Positions 19,820-29,971 of a DNA stretch of 39,508 nucleotides are shown here, one piece after another; position 1 is the stretch's first letter; every line of letters starts with the position of its first letter. Location: the NCBI GenBank assembly GCA_034722955.1, contig JAYEOM010000038.1, positions 2,744 through 42,251 of the forward strand, given 5' to 3'. The translations under genes were made by a program, and so were the position numbers. Below the pieces are notes generated by a model. That model was not told where the DNA came from and did no database searches. It saw nothing but the letters and a program-made list of their open reading frames with translations. This DNA is from Campylobacterota bacterium. GTDB taxonomy: Bacteria; Campylobacterota; Campylobacteria; Campylobacterales; Sulfurovaceae.

Positions 19820-19833
19820 ATTAGGAGATATCG

Positions 19834-21156
19834 ATGAAAGAGATCACGGCAAAGATACTGTTTATACTGATTGATCTCTTGATTATCTCTTTTTCTATCT
19901 ACTTTGCTGACTCTATCCGAAGCAATTTTGCTGATCTGTTTGGTGCACCGCATACTGCCTCACTCTCAAACTATAGTGCACTTCTGCCACTCTATATCTT
20001 GCCGATTTTACTTTTTGCTTATGAGGGGATCTATACATATCGTTACGATTTTTGGCATGAGAGCAGATTGATTTTCAAGGGTATCATCTTTAGTGCTCTG
20101 CTTGTATTCGCCTATCTGGCTATGACTAAATCGATAGGAGTATACTCTAGGAGTGTGATAGGTTTATCCTTTTTGATCATGGCCATCATACTCCCTCTCT
20201 CGAAGAACTTCACAAAAAAACTACTTTACAATTTGGGCTTATGGAGAAAGAGAGCTGAGATCTATGGTGATGATCCTTTTTTGATGGATGAGATATATGG
20301 AAACCCCTATCTAGGATATATACGACCCAAAGAGGGTGAAGAGCCATCAACTGTTTTTGTAAACTCTAAAAATAGTGATGTTGCTACGCTCAAGAGTGTG
20401 ATCTCCTCAGAGATACAAAATAGAAGTGAAGTGATCTTTATACCTCTCATAGATGATTATGATTTGACACATTCACATATCTATGAACTCTCCAACACAA
20501 GAACCAATCTCATAGTTTTTCAAAATAGACTCAAGAGCAGGTACCGCTTGCTGCTGAAGCGTATCACTGATCTTCTGCTCTCTGTGACTATTTTCCCTTT
20601 TCTACTCCTGCCTATGGCTTATATCGCTTATCGTATACGCAGGGAGGAGCCAAAAAGCCCTACTCTATTCAAGCAAGAACGACTAGGGAGAGATGGTGAT
20701 CTCTTTATCTGCTATAAGTTTAGAACCATGTACGAAGATGGTGACAGCTTGCTCAGAGAACATCTCAAGGAGCATCCGGAAGAGAGAGACTACTATAGAC
20801 AGTATCACAAATACAGAGATGATCCACGCATCACACCTATAGGAAAAATGCTTCGCCGCACTTCACTAGATGAGCTTCCTCAGATATTTAATGTATTCAA
20901 GCAGGAGATGAGCTTTATAGGTCCTCGTCCATATATGCCAGATGAGGAGAGCCAAGCAGGAGATGCTCTCCACAATATCTTGGCAGTTCGTCCTGGTATC
21001 ACAGGGCTTTGGCAAGTTAGCGGGAGAAGCGATATAGACTTCAACTCCAGAGTAGATCTGGATCTATGGTACATACGCAACTGGAATCTCTGGATGGATC
21101 TGGTGATCTTGATAAAAACAATAAAGACAGTTTTTCTGAAAGAGGGGGCAAAATAG
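19834..21156 (+). CDS. Undecaprenyl-phosphate hexose phosphotransferase (WbaP/WcaJ-like sugar transferase)
   Basis: 4 N-terminal TM segments, then KRITD, YKFRTM, DDPRIT, SLDELPQ, MSFIGPRP, PGITGLWQVSGRS. Confidence 0.92.
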   Translation: MKEITAKILFILIDLLIISFSIYFADSIRSNFADLFGAPHTASLSNYSALLPLYILPILLFAYEGIYTYRYDFWHESRLIFKGIIFSALLVFAYLAMTKSIGVYSRSVIGLSFLIMAIILPLSKNFTKKLLYNLGLWRKRAEIYGDDPFLMDEIYGNPYLGYIRPKEGEEPSTVFVNSKNSDVATLKSVISSEIQNRSEVIFIPLIDDYDLTHSHIYELSNTRTNLIVFQNRLKSRYRLLLKRITDLLLSVTIFPFLLLPMAYIAYRIRREEPKSPTLFKQERLGRDGDLFICYKFRTMYEDGDSLLREHLKEHPEERDYYRQYHKYRDDPRITPIGKMLRRTSLDELPQIFNVFKQEMSFIGPRPYMPDEESQAGDALHNILAVRPGITGLWQVSGRSDIDFNSRVDLDLWYIRNWNLWMDLVILIKTIKTVFLKEGAK

Positions 21157-21223
21157 ATCTGCATCACTGATAAGAGTTAGAAGAGCTACTGTAAAATTTA
21201 TCACATATTTAGCACTTTTTACC

Positions 21224-21229
21224 TATAAT
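21224..21229 (+). promoter_or_regulatory. -10 element for purL
   Basis: TATAAT preceded by AT-rich sequence, 7 nt before the inverted-repeat element. Confidence 0.5.
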
Positions 21230-21236
21230 AGCTTCT

Positions 21237-21348
21237 GGGCACCCCTAATAACTAGGTGATACTCACAACAGTTCCAGCTTTTGATTAGGCTAGGCACTCT
21301 TTACACCCCAAGGGCATTGTGAATATCACCTAGTTATTAGAGGTACCC
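21237..21348. mobile_element. 112-bp element with 32-bp terminal inverted repeats (MITE-like or structured leader)
   Basis: GGGCACCCCTAATAACTAGGTGATACTCACAA (21237-21268) versus reverse complement of 21317-21348 GGGTACCTCTAATAACTAGGTGATATTCACAA: 29/32 match; no clear target duplication. Confidence 0.6.
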
Positions 21349-21374
21349 TTTATTACCTCAAAAGGAACCATCCC

Positions 21375-23597
21375 ATGTCACAAGCAGTCGAAAATATCGA
21401 AGAAGTTCTCAAAGCCCATAAGCTCACTCTAGCAGACTATGATCATATCAAACAGATACTTGATGGCAGGGAACCAAATATCGTAGAGATCGGTATCTTC
21501 TCTGCGATGTGGTCAGAGCACTGCTCTTATAAGTCAAGCAAAAAGTATCTCAACGGTTTTCCAACAGAGGCACCATGGGTGATCCAAGGACCTGGTGAAA
21601 ATGCAGGAGTTATCGATATCGGTGATGGAGTAGCAGCTGTATTTAAGATGGAGAGCCATAATCACCCCAGTTTTATCGAGCCTTTTCAGGGAGCAGCTAC
21701 AGGAGTTGGGGGTATCCTGAGAGATGTCTTTACGATGGGAGCAAGACCTGTAGCCAACCTCAATGCACTCCGTTTTGGTGATATAGAAGGTGATAGTGAA
21801 GTGTCACGATATCAGCGACACTTAGTAAGAGGTGTTGTTGATGGTATAGGTAGTTACGGGAACTGCATGGGGGTTCCTACTATCGGCGGAGAGATGAGTT
21901 TTGATTCGAGTTACAACGGCAATATACTTGTCAATGCTTTTGCTCTGGGTTTGGCAAAATCTGATGAAATCTTCTTGGGTTTGGCAGAAGGTATAGGAAA
22001 TCCAGTCATCTATGTTGGCTCCAAGACAGGTCGTGATGGTTTGGGCGGTGCTGTGATGAGTTCGGATAGTTTCACTGAAGAGAGCAAATCACTTCGTCCA
22101 ACAGTACAGGTTGGAGATCCATTTACAGAGAAGCTGCTTCTTGAAGCATGTCTGGAGCTCTTCCAAACAGATCATGTTGTGGGTATACAGGATATGGGTG
22201 CAGCCGGTCTCACTAGTTCAGCCTTTGAGATGGCAGGGAGAAGCGGTTCGGGGATGATCATGCATCTCGATAGAGTTCCTGCAAGAGAAGAGGGGATGAC
22301 ACCGTATGACTTCATGCTCTCTGAGTCACAAGAGAGGATGCTCCTATGTGCCAAAAAAGGCAGTGAGCAGGAGATCATAGATATCTTTGAGAAGTGGGAT
22401 CTCGATGCAGCGGTTGTGGGTGAAGTGACAGATACGGGGATAATGGAACTCTTCTGGCATGGGGAGTCCTGTGCAAATATGCCTATCGACCCCGTGAGTG
22501 AAGAGGCACCCATCCTTGATCGTCCAACTAAACGACCAGACTATCTCGATGAGATCAACCAGAAAACAGTTAACTCCTATCGGAGTATAGATGATCAAGA
22601 GGCATTTGAAAAACTTATCTCTTCTATTGAGGTGGTGGATAAAGCTTGGGTATACAACCAGTATGACTCTATGGTGCAGACCAATACAGTCAAGGCACCG
22701 GGTTCTCTGGATGCCAGCTCCATTCGCGTCAAAGAGAGTGGCAAAGCACTGGCGATGAGTTCCGACTGTAATCCTAGATACTGCTATATAGATCCATTCA
22801 AAGGTGCTGCACTTGCAGTTATCGAGAGTGGCAGAAATGTAGCTATGAGTGGTGCACAACCTCTAGCGATCACTGACTGTCTCAACTTTGGCAATCCGGA
22901 GAACCCTGAAGTCATGTGGCAGTTTGCACAGGCTTGTGAGGGGATCAAGGAGGCTTGTTCTAAGTTGACGACACCAGTTGTCAGTGGAAATGTATCGCTC
23001 TACAATGAGACCAATGGAGTGAGTGTTTTCCCTACACCAGCTATAGCAATGGTGGGTGTCAATGAGGATGAAAATCGCATCCTTCCGAGTATATTTCAAG
23101 AAAAAGAAAACCGTATACTTCTGGTAGGAGCTACAACAGGAGAGTTCGGAGGAAGCCTCTATATCAAAGAGTTATTTGGGGAGACAGTCGGATCACTATC
23201 TAGGATCGACTATCAAAAAGAGTTGAAACTCTGGGAGTTGGTGATAGAGGCAAATAAAAAGGGTCTCTTAGCTTCAGCAAAAGATGTCAATGTAGGTGGT
23301 GTCTCTATAGCTATATCCAAAATGGCAGCTCTCTCTAGCAGAGGTGCTACTGTGAGTGTAGATGTTGAGGAGAGTAGATATATCTTCGATGAGAGTCAAT
23401 CAAGAGCACTCTTGGAAGTAGAACCTGCGAATGTAGAAGCAGTTGCAAAGATGGCTATAGATCTTGGATTGAGGATCGAAGATATCGGTCAAGTTGGTGG
23501 AGATACAGTGAAGGTAAATGCTGTTGAGATGCCACTAGAGAAGCTCAAAAAGATCTATTTTGGTAAGTTTACCCAAGTGATAGAGCAGGATATATAG
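21375..23597 (+). CDS. purL: Phosphoribosylformylglycinamidine synthase subunit PurL (small type)
   Basis: [53 protein letters not shown]. Confidence 0.97.
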   Translation: MSQAVENIEEVLKAHKLTLADYDHIKQILDGREPNIVEIGIFSAMWSEHCSYKSSKKYLNGFPTEAPWVIQGPGENAGVIDIGDGVAAVFKMESHNHPSFIEPFQGAATGVGGILRDVFTMGARPVANLNALRFGDIEGDSEVSRYQRHLVRGVVDGIGSYGNCMGVPTIGGEMSFDSSYNGNILVNAFALGLAKSDEIFLGLAEGIGNPVIYVGSKTGRDGLGGAVMSSDSFTEESKSLRPTVQVGDPFTEKLLLEACLELFQTDHVVGIQDMGAAGLTSSAFEMAGRSGSGMIMHLDRVPAREEGMTPYDFMLSESQERMLLCAKKGSEQEIIDIFEKWDLDAAVVGEVTDTGIMELFWHGESCANMPIDPVSEEAPILDRPTKRPDYLDEINQKTVNSYRSIDDQEAFEKLISSIEVVDKAWVYNQYDSMVQTNTVKAPGSLDASSIRVKESGKALAMSSDCNPRYCYIDPFKGAALAVIESGRNVAMSGAQPLAITDCLNFGNPENPEVMWQFAQACEGIKEACSKLTTPVVSGNVSLYNETNGVSVFPTPAIAMVGVNEDENRILPSIFQEKENRILLVGATTGEFGGSLYIKELFGETVGSLSRIDYQKELKLWELVIEANKKGLLASAKDVNVGGVSIAISKMAALSSRGATVSVDVEESRYIFDESQSRALLEVEPANVEAVAKMAIDLGLRIEDIGQVGGDTVKVNAVEMPLEKLKKIYFGKFTQVIEQDI

Positions 23598-23605
23598 TAA
23601 TTTTT

Positions 23606-23890
23606 TCAGGATTTATCCTGCTGTATTTTCCCACGCTTCAACTCTCTCTTCTCGACCGGCATCTTCACACCTGCCTCCTTCAGTGCCTTGTATATACCGA
23701 TAGAGACATCACTCGGTGCCACAATAAGATTTTGAGAAAGCCGAAAATAAAGCTTGAACTCCAGGTAGTAGTCACCAAACCCCTGAAATACCGCCAATGG
23801 GGTAGGCTCTTTCAGTACATCCGGATGTGACAATGCCACCTCTCTCATAATATCAAGTATCTGCTTTAGATCTACACCCCTGCCGTTCAA
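23606..23890 (-). pseudogene. C-terminal remnant of an MscS/MscK-family mechanosensitive channel gene
   Basis: HPDVLKEPTPLAVFQGFGDYYLEFKLYF...IYKALKEAGVKMP matches the MscS cytoplasmic C-terminal pattern; no TM region and no room upstream. Confidence 0.7.
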
Positions 23891-23917
23891 TCTCCGCTTT
23901 TATGATTTCTGATAAGG

Positions 23918-24517
23918 CTACTTGAAGTTAGGTATTCCCATAGCTTCTTGAATGGTGTCAACTTTAGTATATCCAGAAGGGATTTCAAATAGTGCATCTG
24001 CTTGTTTTTCTACTTTGATGTTTTCAATATGTGATGAGATTGTTCCCATAGGTGCCGGTAGAGTCATATCCACTTTAAGTGCATATTCAAGTTTCTGCGA
24101 ATACCATATTTTCATATGCATAGGCGGTATTTTTTCGCTCAAGGCAAAATCTCCTTCATAAATGATACAATCAAAATCTTGAATAGTTTCACTTCCTACT
24201 TTTTTCATATCATTTTTCTTGACTATCTCCTCAAATGATAAACCAGCCATAGGATTTTTACTCTTATTGAGTTCCTCCTCCATATCTAAAGCAATGTATT
24301 TTTTTGTATTGGTAAAAATCTGATACATAGATGGGTATTTAAGTATCATGATCATTCCCATTGATTCATTGCGACGGGTAGTAGAATTTTTATAATAGAT
24401 TTTCCCCTTCACCCCTCCAGCCATCGCCGTGACTTCATCAGCTGAAAATTCGACACCTATCACTGTAGATACTACTATGAAATATAGAGCTAAGACTTTA
24501 AGAGCTGTTTTTTTCAC
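23918..24517 (-). CDS. Secreted hypothetical protein, DUF4412-like
   Basis: Signal peptide, EFSAD, GKIYY, KKVGSETIQDFDCIIY, ALFEIPSGY; GTG start with AAGGGG RBS. Confidence 0.7.
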   Translation of the reverse strand: MKKTALKVLALYFIVVSTVIGVEFSADEVTAMAGGVKGKIYYKNSTTRRNESMGMIMILKYPSMYQIFTNTKKYIALDMEEELNKSKNPMAGLSFEEIVKKNDMKKVGSETIQDFDCIIYEGDFALSEKIPPMHMKIWYSQKLEYALKVDMTLPAPMGTISSHIENIKVEKQADALFEIPSGYTKVDTIQEAMGIPNFK

Positions 24518-24790
24518 AATTACCCCTTTTGTTCAATTAAATTAGATATGGATTGGTACTATGACTCTCATTCCCATTATAATGGTCGAACGATAAATAT
24601 AACCTTAGGAGGCTCCCAAAAACAACTCTACCCACCTGCTCTATGTCAATGAACCAGAAAAGATGGCTCAAGAGGTTGGATATCCTGAAGCTTGGTACAA
24701 GAGTTCAGAGTGGAAAAATGGTCCGACTCAATATCAAAAGCCCGAAGTTATACATCCTGGGGATTGATTCAAGTAGATATTGGGTGGGAT

Positions 24791-25459
24791 TTAAAACTTA
24801 TAGGTCAATCCTATACTTATAACGGAGAAGTCTGTATCTAGCAGTCTAGGCAGACGCTCATGTGCTTCGCCATCCTCATCGTACCATAGTGTGTAGTCAG
24901 CGAAAATTGATAGATTTTCTTTGATGGTATATTGAACTCCCAATCCCCACTGAAATCCGCTGCCATCCCAAGAGTGATGAGGCTCTTGGTTGAACTCTCT
25001 CTCTACCTTTCCATACCCTAATAGCCCATATATTGAGAGATCTCCTATAGGGTATATAGGCTTGAGATATATGGCTATATTGGTGAGGTCGATATCTGCA
25101 TCCTCTTCGAGTCCATCGTTATGGTTATGAGCCAATGAGAAGTCACCAGCTGAGAGAGTGTATCTCCCCTCTATGGCAAAATATTGGTTAACTTGATACC
25201 CTGCTTGGAGTAAAATATTATTGGCATTTGAGTCTGTATCTTTGACTATTTGACCGTTGCGAGGGTCTGTATGGTTGTTGAGCCATGCTGTTCGGTTGGA
25301 GCTTAGATAGCTATACCCCAACCCTATATAAAATGCACTGCTGCTTACCTCAACAGGTGCTTGGGCTATCGACTCCTCTATAGGTGCGATATCTCCTCCT
25401 GCGAATGGTACTCCACTCAGGGCTAAAATAGATACGAGAGATAGTGTTAACCTTTTCAT
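24791..25459 (-). CDS. Outer-membrane beta-barrel (OmpA-like/porin family) protein
   Basis: Signal peptide plus AGGDIAP, FYIGLGYS, AIEGRY, IYLKPIYP, C-terminal GLTYKF. Confidence 0.85.
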   Translation of the reverse strand: MKRLTLSLVSILALSGVPFAGGDIAPIEESIAQAPVEVSSSAFYIGLGYSYLSSNRTAWLNNHTDPRNGQIVKDTDSNANNILLQAGYQVNQYFAIEGRYTLSAGDFSLAHNHNDGLEEDADIDLTNIAIYLKPIYPIGDLSIYGLLGYGKVEREFNQEPHHSWDGSGFQWGLGVQYTIKENLSIFADYTLWYDEDGEAHERLPRLLDTDFSVISIGLTYKF

Positions 25460-25507
25460 AAATACTCCTTCATTTAATTTGTAAAATCAAGTATAGTATT
25501 AAGTCTC

Positions 25508-26746
25508 TTAATTTTGGCACAAATCATTAGAGGCTGCCTTATTTAGTTTTTTTAGTCTATTGGTCGTCATCACTCCTAGACCGAGCATCATAAGTGTCAA
25601 AAGATAGAGAGGTGTATAGCCAAAACTATGCAAAATATAGCCACCAGGGATAGCAAAAAAGAGTCCAATAGAGGAGAGGGTAGAGTGTATGGCGATATAT
25701 ACTGGGCGTTTTGCCTCTGGAGCGATCTCAAGGATGAGGTTCATATCAGCATTTCTGAAACCATCTATAGCGATACCAAAAAGTAAAAAAATGATACCGT
25801 AGTGGATAGGATTGTATGCAAAAATAGCGATGATAAAGGCAGAGATGGTGATGATGTAAGCGATCTGCATCATATAGATATAGTTATCCTTGAAACGCTT
25901 CCATAGTAGCAGGTTGCCAAGCATACTGCCGATCATCTGTATCGTGATAAATCCTCCTACTAGCCAACCAGTCAACTCGAAAGAGTTCTTGGCTTTTAGG
26001 ATGACAAATGGTTGAGACATGAGAAAAGAGTAGCCTAGCAGAGATATCGCTGTTTGCAGTCTCAATCTTTGATCATCTCTGAATATAGAGAGGGTATTTT
26101 TGATGAATAGTCCAAATGATGCCTCTTTTTGAGAAATGTTTTTTTTGACTGGTTCATCTATCGTAGCAAAAGCATAGAGTCCTATAGACATCAGCAGTGC
26201 ACTGACCATAAAAAGATAAGCATAACTCATCGGTGCTTCAAAGTTCTCTAGGATGATAGCAGTCACTCCGCCACTCAGGATAGCTGAGATGGAAGCAAAG
26301 AGTTGTTTGTTTGCCATAGTTCTGCCCCGCTCCTCCCTGCTAAAGACTTTGGCTATGATCTCTTTGAAGTAGATACCTCCAAAACCAGCAGAAAATGAGA
26401 AGAAAAAGAGACCGATTCCTATCAGCCACAGGGTTAGTATTTTGTTACTGTCACCTATGATGTATATCACAAACCCTATCATAAACCATGAGAAAAACCT
26501 GAAGAAAAAGACTATTCTCAGATAGGGAAGTACCCGTTCATAACTCTGTGCATAAAAGGCAGCAAAGAGTTGAACTGCGATAGCACCACCTCTTAGAAGT
26601 GAAGCAAATAGTCCTACAAGTATGAGGTTTGAGCTAAAGTGACTGACTATGAGTGGCAGGATAGTAGAGGGTTCGGCTACAGTGACTGCAAGTGACAGGA
26701 AAAATCCATGGATAGCATTTTTAGCATTATTTTTTTTGTAGGACAT
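25508..26746 (-). CDS. MFS transporter
   Basis: About 12 TM helices, IIAKVFSREERGR and LEIAPEAKRPVY loop motifs. Confidence 0.85.
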   Translation of the reverse strand: MSYKKNNAKNAIHGFFLSLAVTVAEPSTILPLIVSHFSSNLILVGLFASLLRGGAIAVQLFAAFYAQSYERVLPYLRIVFFFRFFSWFMIGFVIYIIGDSNKILTLWLIGIGLFFFSFSAGFGGIYFKEIIAKVFSREERGRTMANKQLFASISAILSGGVTAIILENFEAPMSYAYLFMVSALLMSIGLYAFATIDEPVKKNISQKEASFGLFIKNTLSIFRDDQRLRLQTAISLLGYSFLMSQPFVILKAKNSFELTGWLVGGFITIQMIGSMLGNLLLWKRFKDNYIYMMQIAYIITISAFIIAIFAYNPIHYGIIFLLFGIAIDGFRNADMNLILEIAPEAKRPVYIAIHSTLSSIGLFFAIPGGYILHSFGYTPLYLLTLMMLGLGVMTTNRLKKLNKAASNDLCQN

Positions 26747-26754
26747 ACAATATC

Positions 26755-27054
26755 TTAGTTAAACAGTTGCCATAGTATGCCACCGGCACCTATAAGAAGA
26801 GTGATTATAAAGAGGGCTAAAATGATCTCTCCTAGTGTAAAGATACGATGAGATAGTAGATCTTGATAATGCTTGTCACACCATGCTCCTGTAGTAGGAG
26901 AGCGAGGGTGTGCACGAGTATGACCCAGCTCTCCGCATATATCACAAAAACCGCAATACCCCTCTGGGATATCTTCAAAAAACTCTTTCATTTTTGGACT
27001 GTTTCGTTCTGAGCAGTAGCACTCTAGATGCTCCATGTCATTGTTAGATTTCAT
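26755..27054 (-). CDS. Hypothetical Cys/His-rich protein with C-terminal TM anchor
   Basis: CYC, CGFCDICG, GHTRAHP, WCDKH; hydrophobic C-terminus; packed between hisIE and the MFS gene. Confidence 0.7.
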   Translation of the reverse strand: MKSNNDMEHLECYCSERNSPKMKEFFEDIPEGYCGFCDICGELGHTRAHPRSPTTGAWCDKHYQDLLSHRIFTLGEIILALFIITLLIGAGGILWQLFN

Positions 27055-27066
27055 ATCTAGTGAGGA

Positions 27067-27729
27067 TCAACTTGTACGACTCTTTTTCTCTTCTATGCCA
27101 CTCATACCAAATCGTCTAGTCAGCTCCTGTTTGACACGATCAGGGCTGATATCTCGTAGTCCAAGTCCTACTAGAGCGTGGTAGAGGAGATCGGCAGATT
27201 CATAGATGACTTGCTCATCACTCTCGCTATCGATAGCCACACACACTTCATCTGCCTCTTCACGGATCTTGGATAGGAGGAGTCCTTTATCATCGAGTAG
27301 TTTTTTGGTCCAAGAGTTCTCATCTTTACTGCTCTTTCGTTCGAGGATCGTATGATACAGGGTATCAACTACACCATATATAGCATCAGTATCGACCTCT
27401 TTTTCTGCAATGATCCTCTCCTCTAGTGTTGAGGTAAAAAAGCAGCTTTTTCGACCGGTATGACAAGCGACACCCTTTTGTTGGATCTTGAGAATGAGTG
27501 TATCAGCATCACAATCGAGTAGGATATCATCAATTTTTTGAGTATGTCCAGAGCTTTCACCTTTTCTCCAGATGCGCTGCTTGCTGCGACTAAAATAGTG
27601 TGCATACCCTGTAGAGAGAGTTAGATTATACGCCTCTTCATTCATATAAGCGAGCATCAAAACCTCATTGGTTTTGCTCTCTTGTGCGATAGCGGGGATG
27701 ATAGGGTTTTTTTGCCAGTCTAGCTGCAT
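27067..27729 (-). CDS. hisIE: Bifunctional phosphoribosyl-AMP cyclohydrolase/phosphoribosyl-ATP diphosphatase
   Basis: VLMLAYMN, SRSKQRIWRKGESSG, DCDADT, CHTGRKSCF, KIREEADE, ESADLLYH. Confidence 0.96.
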   Translation of the reverse strand: MQLDWQKNPIIPAIAQESKTNEVLMLAYMNEEAYNLTLSTGYAHYFSRSKQRIWRKGESSGHTQKIDDILLDCDADTLILKIQQKGVACHTGRKSCFFTSTLEERIIAEKEVDTDAIYGVVDTLYHTILERKSSKDENSWTKKLLDDKGLLLSKIREEADEVCVAIDSESDEQVIYESADLLYHALVGLGLRDISPDRVKQELTRRFGMSGIEEKKSRTS

Positions 27730-27764
27730 CGGTCTCTCTCCATAATGTAAAGTTTAAATTTGTT

Positions 27765-28907
27765 CTATTGGCTTACAACTTCAGAGCGAATAACAGACTC
27801 TTTTGCTTTGCCTTTAGTATCGACCCAGATATTGGGTACGGCACCACCAGGAGTAAGGAAGATCTGTGCATTGGTATTGACTTTGAGTGCTTCATTGAAT
27901 TTACCCTGTGTCTTGATCTGCTCTAGCTCTATGAGTCGAGGTGTAAGTGAGTCAGAGATGAGTATGTTGGCTTTGGATTGCTCCTCTGCTTCGATACGAA
28001 TCTTATCTGCCTCACCCTGTGCTTCGATTCTATTTTTTTCTGCTTGACCTCTAGCGATCTCAGCTTGTCGCTGTGCCTCTTGTTTGGCTTTCTCTTTCTG
28101 TTGTTCTGCGATGGTAACATCCTGTTTTGCTATCTGTACCCTCTCGATCTGATCTTTGATCTTTTTAGGGAGATTTATAGTTCTTAGTTCAACAGATGTC
28201 AATACTACTGGTTTGTTTGGGAGCTCATCAACACTATCTTTGACTTTTCTCTCTATAGCTACCGCAATCTCATTACGCATTTCAGGGAGCTGTTCGGCTG
28301 TGTATTGTCCTACAACATCACGAACTACCTCTCTAACTTTGGAGTTGATGATCTTCTCCTCCCAGCTTGATCCCCATTTTTCGATCGTAGCTGGAGCAGA
28401 TTCTGCTTTGAGACGGTACTGAACGGCGATATCGATATTGACAGTCAATCCCCGCTTGTCCAGTACAGAGATAGCAGGGTTTCTCCTGAGTCCGCCTTCA
28501 AAACCTCTATATGAGTCACCAAGTGCATCTGTAGAGATATTGCTATAGGTGATCATTCGGATACGCGTATTGACAGGGATGATCTTTTGAAGTACAGGAA
28601 TATAAAAGTGCAATCCTGCATCCAAAGGAGTCTGATCAAATTTACCAGTCTTTACTAATATACCTACTTCACCCGAGTTGATAATAGTAAATGGTTTGAA
28701 GGCTATGAAAATCGCTCCTATTATAACAATAGTAATGATCCATGGCATCGCTTTTCCGATATTTCCATTATTATCAAGAGGATTATTCATATTGAATCCT
28801 CCGCCTCTGTTTCCATTGTTGTTTCCATTGTTATTTCCATTGTTGTTCCCACTACTGTTGTTTGTAGGTTTTTTCTTTTTGAAATAGTCATTCATGTCAG
28901 CTGGCAT
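27765..28907 (-). CDS. SPFH/prohibitin (band 7) family protein
   Basis: Low-complexity N-terminus, single TM, INSGEVGI, GLHFYIP, band-7 domain, coiled coil AEQQKEKAKQEA. Confidence 0.92.
   Translation of the reverse strand: MPADMNDYFKKKKPTNNSSGNNNGNNNGNNNGNRGGGFNMNNPLDNNGNIGKAMPWIITIVIIGAIFIAFKPFTIINSGEVGILVKTGKFDQTPLDAGLHFYIPVLQKIIPVNTRIRMITYSNISTDALGDSYRGFEGGLRRNPAISVLDKRGLTVNIDIAVQYRLKAESAPATIEKWGSSWEEKIINSKVREVVRDVVGQYTAEQLPEMRNEIAVAIERKVKDSVDELPNKPVVLTSVELRTINLPKKIKDQIERVQIAKQDVTIAEQQKEKAKQEAQRQAEIARGQAEKNRIEAQGEADKIRIEAEEQSKANILISDSLTPRLIELEQIKTQGKFNEALKVNTNAQIFLTPGGAVPNIWVDTKGKAKESVIRSEVVSQ
28809..28844. repeat. 12-bp coding tandem repeat x3 encoding Asn/Gly repeats
   Basis: GTTTCCATTGTT GTTTCCATTGTT ATTTCCATTGTT; protein GNNNGNNNGNNNGN. 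Confidence 0.8.
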
Positions 28908-28980
28908 TTAGTTGTTTCCTTAAGTGTGATTTTGTATATGGTTTGTTCCCAAGCTTTAGCAGCCAAGGAAAGTTAGTTGA

Positions 28981-29898
28981 TTAAAGATAGGTAAGGTAGT
29001 GTTTGTACTTTTCGTTGCGTCCAAAGACAATATCAAAATAAGCACTCTGTATCTTCTCGGTGATAACCCCTCTCTCTCCATTTCCAATAGTTCTGGCATC
29101 TATGATACGCACAGGAGTGATCTCCGCAGCAGTTCCTGTCAAAAATGCCTCATCTGCAACATAGAGCTCTTCTCTGCTCAGCCTCTGTCTCACTACTTCA
29201 TAGCCCAAATCTTGAGCTAACTCTATAACTGTTCTCTGTGTGATAGAGACTAGTGAGTTATCATGTGGCGGAGAGATGATCTTGCCATCTTTGACGATGA
29301 AAAAGCAAGCACCGCTAGCCTCTGCTACATAGCCATGATCATCAAGCAGCAGTGCTTCATCGTAACCACAATCTATAGCTTCATATTTTGCCATTTGACT
29401 ATTTAGATAGTTTGCTGTTGCTTTGGCTTTTCCCATATTGGAGGTGTTGGCGGGTCTTGTCATCGAAGCGATCTTGAGTTTGATACCCTTTTTGAGTCCA
29501 TCTTCACCGAGGTAAGCTCCCCACTCCCAAGCAGCCAGTACAGTCTCTACCGGTGCATCTTTGTGGTAAACCCCCATAACACCATAGCCTAAAAAGGCAA
29601 AAGGTCGGATATATATATTGTTACCTTTGAACTCGTTTTTGCGAACTAGTTCAATCTGTGCTTCATTGAGCTCTTCGATACCATAAGGAATATCAATGAG
29701 TGTCATTTTAGCAGACTCCATAAGTCTCTCTGTATGGTCATTGAGACGAAAAATAGCATAACCATCAGCTGTTTTGTAAGCTTTGGTCCCCTCTATCACA
29801 CCATTGCCATAGTGCAGTGTGTGGGAGAGGACATGGGTTGTTGCATCTTTCCACTCAATATACTCACCATTCATCCAGATATATTTTGCTTCATTCAT
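28981..29898 (-). CDS. ilvE: Branched-chain amino acid aminotransferase
   Basis: HTLHYGNGVIEG, YIRP, AKATANYLNS, GYDEALLLD, ADEAFLTGTAAEITP. Confidence 0.96.
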   Translation of the reverse strand: MNEAKYIWMNGEYIEWKDATTHVLSHTLHYGNGVIEGTKAYKTADGYAIFRLNDHTERLMESAKMTLIDIPYGIEELNEAQIELVRKNEFKGNNIYIRPFAFLGYGVMGVYHKDAPVETVLAAWEWGAYLGEDGLKKGIKLKIASMTRPANTSNMGKAKATANYLNSQMAKYEAIDCGYDEALLLDDHGYVAEASGACFFIVKDGKIISPPHDNSLVSITQRTVIELAQDLGYEVVRQRLSREELYVADEAFLTGTAAEITPVRIIDARTIGNGERGVITEKIQSAYFDIVFGRNEKYKHYLTYL

Positions 29899-29971
29899 TG
29901 GTCACTCCATTTATCCCAAAATTGGAAGATATATTATCCAAAGGATTGTTAAAACCTGATTATTGCTCTAT

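Noticed and set aside
21197..21325. TCACA-containing 9-mers resembling epsilon-type DnaA boxes
   Set aside because: Two are just the arms of the inverted repeat, and there is no dnaA or unwinding element nearby
28939..28963. Weak hairpin downstream of ilvE on the minus strand
   Set aside because: Imperfect stem without a U-tract; not supportable as a terminator
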